A stretch of DNA of 63,850 nt, the filler included, from Octopus bimaculoides (Eukaryota), in the NCBI RefSeq assembly GCF_001194135.2. It is 5 parts of 4 records of this genome, joined end to end, with 100 filler letters (N's around TTAATTAATTAA, not from the genome) between each part and the next. Parts side by side here need not be neighbours in the genome. Positions count along the whole stretch, not along the records: positions 54,075 to 61,273 come from NC_068983.1; positions 61,374 to 63,850 come from NC_069000.1; 3 more parts are not named here. One strand, written 5' to 3'. The position numbers were made by a program, and so were the translations under genes. How positions within the stretch are numbered: position 1 is the first letter of the stretch; every line of letters begins with the position of its first letter. Under the pieces are notes generated by a model, which was not told where the DNA came from, did not search any database, and worked only from the letters and a program-made list of their open reading frames with translations. Positions 54,124-63,850 of the stretch are shown piece after piece.

Positions 54124-55593
54124 CATACATACATACATACATACATACACACATACATACATACATACATAGATTTATTGATAGATAGATGCATCGTAAT
54201 TCTGTCCTATGGCATTAAGAATAAAAAGCAAAATGTATCTTTTATTGACCTGCTTATGATCAGAGAAATTTCTCATGTTCTCTGTATAGTAACATACAGT
54301 ACAAAACAAAGATCTCCTACATAACTCTTCCGTAAAGAAATTAGTTGTTTTCTATATGTTTTTATGTCGTTAAATGTGTTTCCCTTTTGTCGGTTGCGTT
54401 CATTAAGCTGATGTCGTTTATCTTATTATTTTCATTGAATGATGTTCTCTTGCTTGATTTGATTCCTGTGTTACTTTTATTCAGATATTTCTTCATGTTT
54501 TCTATACATTTTATCCTAGAAACTTTTGTTTTTGCTGTTGACGACATTCTTTCTTTTACAGATTATCTTGCCTCTCTGGAAACCCACTTTTTTCTTTTAT
54601 TCATTATCAAAAAGAAATTATTCCATTAATGCCAAAAATACTTTCACCCTCCTTTGCTTGGCAGTTCTTTCATTACTTGTACAATTAGCTTTGAGTTAGT
54701 TTTTCCGTTGTTGGTTTATTTGGAGTATTCCATGTGTGTATATGCCTGTGAGAGGGTTTTCTTTCAAGTATAAATACATTTTTATATATGTGTGTTTATA
54801 TACTTGAACACAGTATCAAGCCATGGTAATCACTTTGATATGAAAAGAATTAGCTTTTTTGTGCGCGTGGAGTGTTCTCTTAAAAACTGATTCAAAACTA
54901 AGAAAACACAAAATAGTGAAAACATTAACCTGTTCCCTTCACAACCTTAGAAGTTTTTAAAAGACTACGAACAATGACCTTTCTTGATCGAGTTAAATTT
55001 TGGATATAACAGCAAGAATTTCTGTTAACTGTAATTATGATGAATAGCAGCGACCTGGCAGAATCTTTATCACATCGGACAAGATACTTACGGCATTTCC
55101 TTTGGGTCCTCCCGTTCTGAATTCAAATCTCGTCGGATTACTTTTTATCTATCTGGGGCCGAGAAAATAAGTACATTCTTAGGATGTGAAGGGAAGAGTT
55201 TAATTTCTTCTCTACGTAGTGTTTTCTTAGCTTTAAACACAAGTTATTTCCTGTCTTCACTTAGCTTTCTTTTACCCGCTCAATTCCCTGGGGAAAAGCC
55301 TTACCGATTCCACCCTTTTAATTCTTACAACTAGTCATCGTTTCCAAGTAACCTGTCTTCATAAATACAACAGAAATAATTTACGTACGTCATATTGAAC
55401 GATCTTCAACAATTTACCGTTTTAAGCGCATACGATCACGTATTTGGTTTTTTCACCAACCTCTAAAAACATTTATATGTATAAACATAATTTCATAAAC
55501 GTGTCAAAAGATTAAAGGGCTTTATTAATGAATATTATTTAGAGTTTAGTTAAGAAATTATGAACTACTCTTCGTTGGTTTACTTCCATTATC

Positions 55594-55947
55594 TTTACCA
55601 CCGCCTCAGCGAAGGCGGAGCTATTGTTTTTCAGTCGTGCTTGTTTGTTTGTTTGTCCATGGACAAGATATCTCAAGAACCACTGGATGGATTCAAATGA
55701 AACGTTCAGAGATGTTTGGCCTTGTAACTTGCACGAACTGATTAGATTTTGGGACCGATCCGGTACCGGACAAGGATTCTGGATTATTTTTCCTGTTTTT
55801 TAACTTAATTTTTGAGAGCGGTCGGGTTCATTTTTAGTATTTTCGTTTGTGAGAGCAGTCGAGTTTATTTCAGGTATTCTCATTTTAACAATCATCTCTC
55901 GCTAATCGTTGAGAGGGTGGTGTTTCATTGGCGGAGGTCTGCGCTCT
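55594..55947 (+). mobile_element. Helentron/DINE-1-like non-autonomous element
   Basis: 5' CCGCCT...AGGCGG stem, (GTTT)n tract, CCGATCCGGTACCGGA hairpin and 3' TTGGCGGAGGTCTGCGCTCT subterminal repeat; no TSD seen. Confidence 0.55.
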
Positions 55948-55994
55948 GCACATTCAACAACTTGTCGAAATACTTGTGAAATCTATTGAATGTA

Positions 55995-56100
55995 GAAATG
56001 GGAAGACCCATTAAAACTTACCGTTAAAATCTCGAAATTGGAAGAGCCATTAAAACTTGCCATTAAAATGTTGAAATGGGAAGAGCCATTAAAACTTAGA
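55995..56100. repeat. 39-bp tandem repeat, about 2.7 copies
   Basis: Units start at 55995, 56034 and 56073. Confidence 0.9.
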
Positions 56101-56614
56101 GTAATTCAAGGTAAAAGTTTGAGTCGTCAGCTGGTTCATCAGGAATAGTTGCTGAAATGTTTACAATGTTATTGAATAGAGAAAATATGCAAGCCAATTT
56201 CATAATCAATCAGAATTACAAGGAGGTGTCCTATTTACTTTCTTGATATGCAGAAACCGATTCCACAAAAGTTCTATGCCTAGGGCTCAGTGTAAACTAC
56301 TGGCATGAAAAAGCTGTAAGTGAATCAGGGAGAGGCTGAGAGAGATTCGAGATAAATGGGGATAAGGTATAGGAAATGATTGACAGCAAGAATACAAGCA
56401 AAATAAATTCCTTCGAAAATCTATATAGTAGTTGACTTCTGGCGTTACATAGTGAGGTATTTAGCGCTTGGTGTATGTATAAGGAAAATGCTGCAAAATC
56501 AAAGTAACGATCCAGAAAGCTTTTAACTCTCCTGACAATTATTAAGCAACAGGTAGATTATATTATATTTATGTACGAATTGCAATGTGTCATGTAGCGC
56601 AGTGTGAAAGATTC

Positions 56615-56834
56615 GTACCAGTACCGGGTTCTTTCTTGCAGGTTGCATATGATTCAAGTCATATGTAGCTTTTTTCTCAGATCTTCTGAGCCTCTAGATG
56701 CATATACACATAAAAAGGGGAAAAAAAGAACATCTGGATAAAATATTCAAAGTGGAGGCACAGAATATCTGAGAAAAAAGCTACATGTGACTTGAAACAG
56801 ATGTAACCTGCAAGAAATCTCCCGGTGCTGGTAC
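56615..56834. mobile_element. 220-bp element with 68-bp inverted arms, probable TA-flanked MITE
   Basis: Arms at 56615-56682 and 56767-56834 with about 8 mismatches. Confidence 0.75.
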
Positions 56835-57049
56835 AGGCATGTGAAACGCATTTGGAAATGTCAATTGGGCCCTGCGGAAAACGATGACCTCTTGCATAGG
56901 ACGAAGTGGTAAAAATGATCTCAGGAAGTTGCAATATATAAAGGTGATGATTAATAACCAGGAAAAATGATGGCAAAAATGGTCAATAATATCATTAGTA
57001 GTGATTGACATTGAGACGTATCGTAACTCATCGAACCTCTCTCAATATA

Positions 57050-57320
57050 CAGTAATTCCTCGCCATATCGCGGCTCACCTATCGCGGTTCACCTATCGCG
57101 GTTCACCTATCGTGATTCACCTATCGCGGTCCACCTATCGCGGTTTATTATTTAAGTTTACGTCGATCCCTCCATGGTGTTGTTTTGCATTTATAATAAA
57201 ATAAATATATACAAATTATATATAAAAAAGAATATACAGTACTCTTTCTACTTCGCGGATTTTCACCTGTCGCAAGGGTGATGGTGGAACATAACACCAG
57301 CGATAGTCGAGAGATTACTG
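57050..57320. mobile_element. Tigger/pogo-like MITE, 271 bp, with five 14-bp internal repeats
   Basis: TA|CAGTAAT...ATTACTG|TA; (CACCTATCGCGGTT) five times. Confidence 0.88.
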
Positions 57321-59438
57321 TATTCATACTAAATCGCCATGTATGGACATATTCGTTATCTCTCATACATAACGTTCTAACATTTTTTTTTATTGTACCA
57401 CACAGACGAACAACAAATGAATATACTTTATCTGTTCATATTCACACTCTCTACTTTCACCTATTGTCTTTTCTTCATCCATTACCTTTTTTCCCTGAAA
57501 TTCCATAACTCTGCTTCCTTTACGACGCTTGAGTAATGAGGAATACCATCAGATTTGTCCATATACCACATCCTCTACCGTTCACACCCATCACCTCTTC
57601 ACAGTTTTACTCTCACATTATTCTGAGGATTTCCAAACAAGGATGAATCCATTGGTTACGATAAGCCATTAAAACTTCAATCCAGACTAACAAATCATAA
57701 ACCTACATTCTCTCTTTCTTACAGGTAGTATTACATAGAACACCATAAATACACACACAAGTATACACTGATACACACATGCACATATATGTATATGCAA
57801 AACATTTCTAGACAATTGCACTCTACCGAATACTACGCAAAGGGAATTAATAAACCTGGGGTTATGTTAGATGAAACTTACATGAAGTGTCAAACGGTGA
57901 GATGGAACCCAAAATCACATGGTTGCAAATAGAGAAACTTAATCGATCGTTTTTTTATTCCACAGCCGAGATTAATAAATATTTACCTTTCTCTTTTAAT
58001 AAACATACCACGTTGGATTAGTGGAGGGTGTGATTTTTAATTCGTAGGATTAGCCAGAAAATATAGAATATAGAATATAGTTTAGTTTTAATCTGCTAAA
58101 ATTTGAAAAACCCACGTTATATTAGCGGGATGTTCAAGATTTAATTCGGAAGTGTAGCTATAAAATATAAATTTATCTTTCGAATTTGCTAAAATTTGAA
58201 CAGAGAATTGTTAGACGCCATGTCAGTATAACGCCACTCCATTTCTGTGTCTTAAATTATCACAACCTCTCTTTTATTTCTTTTCCTTTTTTGGTTGTAT
58301 AGTCCTTAGGCTGTCACTTTATGTTATAGACTTGTTGAAGCAGAGCTGATAACGATGATTTGTAGCAGTAGTCAAGAAAGAATCTACTCAACACAAATAT
58401 CACCACTACTACCACTACTACTACCAAAAGCAGCAGTTGCAACAACGACAATAGCAACAACAACAACAAGATTAACAACAACCATAGCTTCTGGTCTCAC
58501 CAGTATAACAACACAGTTCAGAATTGGTCATCCATTCCAATATGAAATCAGTGCATTGTATTGCCAGCAGTGGGAATGACAATAGCTGGTTTTCAACTGA
58601 GCTACTACATCACGTAATTTCTACCATGAAAGATCAAGCTGAAAATCATAACGTGATTTGCTAGCCATAATGTTATTATGGACGATATGATATGCACCTA
58701 AAAGTCTGTTTCCGTTTAGTCTTCCTCGACATCTTTACGTTTTCTCTGTCAGTTCGTTCTCTTTTTTTTTTTTTTTTTTTTTACAAATGGTTTTATTCCT
58801 GAGTTATTTTAGGTTGTCGATTCACAGAAGTCCAAACCTTGTCCCCTGTATCGCATAAAAGAAAACGAAAACTGGATGTGATAAAGAAAATAGAAATGAT
58901 AATAATAAAAATAAAACATCACAGTTAACAAGTAAAAAATAGTATGCATACACATATATATATATGAATGTATGTATGTGTGTACCTGTGTATATATGTA
59001 TGAGCATATGCACGTATGTATGAATCTATGCATGTGCACTTGTATGTGTAGGTGTGTGTACAAGCTTGCTTGTAAGAGAGTGAGAAAAATGTGTTGCTAA
59101 CATCATGAATAATATAGTGGTAAAGGTGAGATGTCTATGTTTTATATCCATTAGTTGGGGCTGTTTCATGCCAACTTGCCTCTGTTGAAAGGCAGAGGAG
59201 AGAAAACAAAAATCTGAAAATATTTGTGCGTACAGTAACACAATAACACATTGCATATACATAAATGATTGTGAAAATACACGTTCATATAGACATACAA
59301 AGGGGGAAAAACAAGAACATCCGGACAAAATATTCAAAGATTTCCCAATTCACACATAGCTACATAGAAAAACACAAATATATAGGAATACACATGGAGA
59401 GGGAGAGAGAGGGTGTGTGTGAGAGAGAGGGAGAAAGA

Positions 59439-59538
<100 letters not shown>

Positions 59539-60173
59539 GAGAGAGAGAAAGAGCTGTGAGAGGAAGGCACACTACATAAATGAAGTCAACATCTTTCGAG
59601 TATATAATATAAGCAGGCAAAATGATGCTGGAAAAATGATGCAAAAAAAGTGAAGACTCCCACAAGATAATAGTTGCGCATCAACAAGTAAATGTACACG
59701 TGAGCTGCGCGTGTGTAAAAGAAAGAGAGAGAGGGCGAGGAGGGAAAATAGAGGGAGTAAAAGGGAGAGAAACAGATAGCGTGAACTGTAAAATGACAGA
59801 TGGAGAGCAAGAGAAATGATTTGGAAAGTAGGTAGTTTGAAGAAAAAATATAAGTACGAGAGTTGCTTTCTTTTAAAAACGCCATTCATAAAAAAAAAGA
59901 CTTGATATCTTTGTGACAAAAACATAAATTCAAACAGTAGTTTGTAATTCAAACTTTGTAGTTCNNNNNNNNNNNNNNNNNNNNNNNNNNNNNNNNNNNN
60001 NNNNNNNNNNNNNNNNNNNNNNNNNNNNNNNNNNNNNNNNNNNNNNNNNNNNNNNNNNNNNNNNNNNNNNNNNNNNNNNNNNNNNNNNNNNNNNNNNNNN
60101 NNNNNNNNNNNNNNNNNNNNNNNNNNNNNNNNNNNNNNNNNNNNNNNNNNNNNNNNNNNNNNNNNNNNNNNNN

Positions 60174-60335
60174 ATCATTGGCCCTCGTGCCGGTGGCACG
60201 TAAAAGCACCCACTACACTCCCGGAGTGGTTGGCGTTAGGAAGGGCATCCAGCTGTAGAAACTCTGCCAAATCAGATTGGAGCCTGGTGTCGCCTCCTGG
60301 TCCACCAGTCCTCAGTCAAATCGTCAAACCCATGA
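60174..60335 (+). mobile_element. Interspersed repeat fragment, SINE-like
   Basis: GC-rich block TGGTTGGCGTTAGGAAGGGCATCCAGCTGTAGAAAC ending in a (GAT)n tract; single copy in the window, recognised from memory only. Confidence 0.5.
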
Positions 60336-61373
60336 TGATGATGATGATGATGATATATGTATCGCGTGTGTGGCTGTGTGTTAAGTTGTATATATTCTAG
60401 GTTTAATAGCCTCTCTTCATGACTTGTAAAGCCACTGTGACGAGGCCCGGTCACAAGAAGGATATGCAACCAAAACTAAGTTTCTAAGCAAACAGGTTTT
60501 GGACATTTGCCGTGCTAAGGAACTGAGCATACACCACTAATGGTGTATGGCCAGCTGCAGTACAGACTCAAGAGATAAATTTTCTAGTCTATCTATTTAC
60601 GACCTTATTATCTTAGAATATTTGTTCTTTCCATTAAAAGTCAACACAAATCTGTGGTTAAGCATGAACTGCATAACGGGTTTGTTTACTTTATACTTTA
60701 TATTTTTCATTTCCGCTAATTATTTTTGATACTTTTGTTTCTCATTTTTATCGATTTGTATTGTTCTTTATCAATGTAATGCTAAAAATAGCATAATGGT
60801 ATAAAAAGCAAAAAGAAACTACAGATAGTTTAACTGTGCTCTGAACCCTACGCACCTGCAGACGTGCAGGTACACAACTATTGTATTGTTGGATCATATT
60901 ACTGCAATTAGGTATATAGTATGTGTAACAAACATCAATTAACAGGATACCAATACGCCGAAACAATTGTAGTGATTGGGAATAAAGATTGTTCATTCCA
61001 TCTTCTAGTCTTTTCGTCTTAAAACTCATTGTAGTTTTGTGGCACGAAGCAAAGTAGGCCATGCCGTCTACTGAAGGAAACACATCGTAAATGATCCACA
61101 ATCACTCAAGCATTTTGAGTCCTGTACTTATTCCATTTGCCAAAATGTTTGCAAGGCACCAGCAGGCCTCAAGAGACATGTTCACGTTCATAGAACATGA
61201 TGAACACCTTATTTTACTGAGCTCTCATTTTTCGTTTACAAGAGAATCCATCATATATATATATATATATATANNNNNNNNNNNNNNNNNNNNNNNNNNN
61301 NNNNNNNNNNNNNNNNNTTAATTAATTAANNNNNNNNNNNNNNNNNNNNNNNNNNNNNNNNNNNNNNNNNNNN

Positions 61374-63058
61374 AAATCCGACATTGGGATTATTAGTAAA
61401 AATATTTTGGATAGGTATATTCCTATTATAATTGATGGATTACAATTGTATTTATGGTCTAGTACTAATCAGGTTATTGAGTGGTTTCGTTCTATTGAGA
61501 ACAAAAGTAATGCTAAATTTATACAGTATGATATTTCTAATTTTTATGCTTCTATTAATCCTATCATACTAAATAAGGCTCTTTGGTTCTTTCATAACAA
61601 GGCAGGGCTTACTAGGGATGAAATAGAAGTAGTGTTAGCTGCTAGGAAGTCGTTTATTTCTTTTAATGATAAGATTTGGATTCGTAAAGATACTCCTAAT
61701 GCTTTTGATGTTCCCATGGGGAGTTCTGATTCAGCTCAAATAGCGGATGTTGTGGGTTCTTATATTTTGCATGAATTGGCTGATCAATTCCCTATGGTTA
61801 GGGGTGGTTTATATAGGGATGATTGTCTTCTTTATATTAGGAATTATTCTACCTAGTATTTGCAGAGACTTAAAGGTAGGTTATCTAGATTGTTTAATAG
61901 GATGGGAATAAGTGTCACTTACGATGATGATGTTTTGCTAGCTAATTATTTAGATATGACACTTGATATAAAAAAACGATACATATAGACCGTGCCATAA
62001 ACCGTCTATTAATCTGAAATATATAAGTAGATGGAGTAACCACCCTAGAAGAATTATTGATAATTTAGTTAGAAATATTTCGATAAGGCTTTCTAAGTTA
62101 TCAGCTAATCGTGTTGTTTTCGATAATGAAGCTCCTTTTTATAATGAAGTTTTAAATAGAGCTGGTTTTAGAGATAAGGTCTATTATGTTAAACTTGAAT
62201 CTGGTGAGGTTAGAGTAGATAGGGATGTTAAGAATAATAAGGTTAGGCTGGTTAGGAGAAATAATGATAAAATTTATGATCATAGGTATACTGGTAATAG
62301 TGTCATGCGTAATTCTAAATGTTTTACATATTTTGCAAAAGGCTTTAATAATATTAAAGATGGTTATCTTTCGTTTATTTTACCATTTGGTAAAAATGTT
62401 AAGTCGAATTTGGTAGCTCAGTTTAGGGAGGTAATTAGTAAGCATTTCCCTGCAAATTCACATTACAGTAAAATTATTAATATGCATAGTGTTAGGTTCG
62501 GTTTTTCCAATACTAAGAACCTGGAGCAGATTATTGCAGCGCATAATTCTAAAGTTCTTAAGACAGGCATGAATGGAATGAATAGGGATGAGGACCCTCA
62601 CTTAGGTAATAATACTATAGGTTCTAAGATTGAGGTAACAGAGATTAATCTCAGGAGGTTAAAGTTTGAGGGTCCGAACGTGAGATTATGGAATATAGTG
62701 TATCAGTGTAAGGTTAAGAGTGATACAGATGTTAGTGTTTATGTGGGTTGTTCTTCGGATAAGATTTGTAGGAGAATTTCTTGTCACTTTAATACGTTTA
62801 GAGATAGGAGTAAAATAGCTAGTACTAGTCTTAGTAAGTTTAATATGGGGGTTAAAAGAACAAAATAAGAACTTTTCGTTAGAATTGTCTGTTATAGGGA
62901 GGAATTTCCCTTACGATAAGGGTAGGAAGTATTGCCACTTGTGCAATCTTGAGTTATATTTTATTCTATTTTCAAAGCACAAACTAATTAATAAACTAAC
63001 GTATAATGAGTTCAGATGTGTTCACATTCACAAACATACTTATTTTTGGTTTAAATAA
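61374..63058 (+). mobile_element. Penelope-like retroelement: RT, thumb and C-terminal GIY-YIG endonuclease, disrupted
   Basis: KFIQYDISNFYASI, FDVPMGSSDSAQIADVVG, GLYRDD, SNHP, IVYQCKV...VYVG...STSLSKF/IWGLK and YCHLC...CVH. One TAG (61854) and frameshifts near 61980 and 62840; 5' end lost in a gap. Confidence 0.9.
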
Positions 63059-63149
63059 TTTCATTGTTTATTTTCGCCTATAGCTGAATTTTGTTATGAT
63101 CAGGTATTAAGGTCTGAGTTTTTAGTATTTTAGTTTTGTTATAGATTTA

Positions 63150-63321
63150 TTTACATATACGTACATCCGTTCATATACATGTGCAAGTGTATATACATGT
63201 GCATGGGTATACGTGGAAATGTGTGTATATATGTGTATGTATGTGTGTATGTGTATATATGTGTATGGGTATGTGTATGTATATGTATGTGTGTATGTAT
63301 GTATATGTATATATATTTATG

Positions 63322-63356
<35 letters not shown>

Positions 63357-63817
63357 GTATGTATAAATGTGTGTGTGTATATGTATATATATGTACATAT
63401 GTATATATATATATATATGTATGTATGTATGTGTGTGTGTGCATGGTGTTTTGTATGTATGTATGTGTGTGTGTGTGTATGGTGTTTTGTACGTGTGTGT
63501 ATATATTTGTTTTTTTGTGTGTATATGTATATATAATTTTTGTAATATATTTAAAAAATTTTTTTAATATATATATGTATGTGGATGTTTGTGTGTGTGT
63601 GCATGTGTGTGTATATGTGAGTGTATCTGTGTGTGTGTGTGTGGGTGTGTGTGTGTGTATGTTTATGGCTTGTGAACTTTGTATGTTTGTGTATGCATGC
63701 ATATGCATGTGAGCGTGCGCGTGTGTGCGCAGGAACGTGTGTGTGTGTGTTTGTGTGTACAGGCGCACACGCGGGTGCATGCATGTAAGTGCGTGTGCGC
63801 ATATATGTGTGCACGAG

Positions 63818-63848
<31 letters not shown>

Positions 63849-63850
63849 AT
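63150..63850. repeat. Compound (TA)/(TG)/(TATG) microsatellite region
   Basis: Direct inspection. Confidence 0.95.

Noticed and set aside
63059-63120. Possible SECIS downstream of the Penelope ORF
   Set aside because: The helix after ATGA is too short, and the reconstructed ORF has no in-frame TGA.

Overview
AT-rich, microsatellite-dense animal genomic DNA from a gapped draft assembly. The SINE, LINE and microsatellite landscape suggests an octopod cephalopod (inference). There are no prokaryotic features, and almost all ORFs in the track are translations of simple repeats or N runs. One host gene is supported: a minus-strand PRD-class Q50 homeobox gene matching homeobrain (hbn). It has coding exons at 24022-23604 and 21320-20796, a phase-0 intron at homeodomain codon 46/47, a C-terminal OAR motif, a short uORF, and a candidate non-coding first exon with promoter near 25904-26010. 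The rest is decayed mobile DNA: several tRNA-derived SINE families, R4/Dong-type and RTE-type LINE fragments, two mariner families, TSD-flanked MITEs, a Helentron/DINE-like element, long hairpins and a nearly complete Penelope-like retroelement (61374-63058). Four 100-bp gaps carry an artificial TTAATTAATTAA linker, so contiguity across them is unverified. I found no clearly new multi-gene system. The best leads are the inverted repeats flanking the hbn homeobox exon, the TTAGGG-bearing MITE, the 245-bp foldback and the microsatellite-centred SINE/LINE stacking. All family assignments are from motif recognition; no database search was run.
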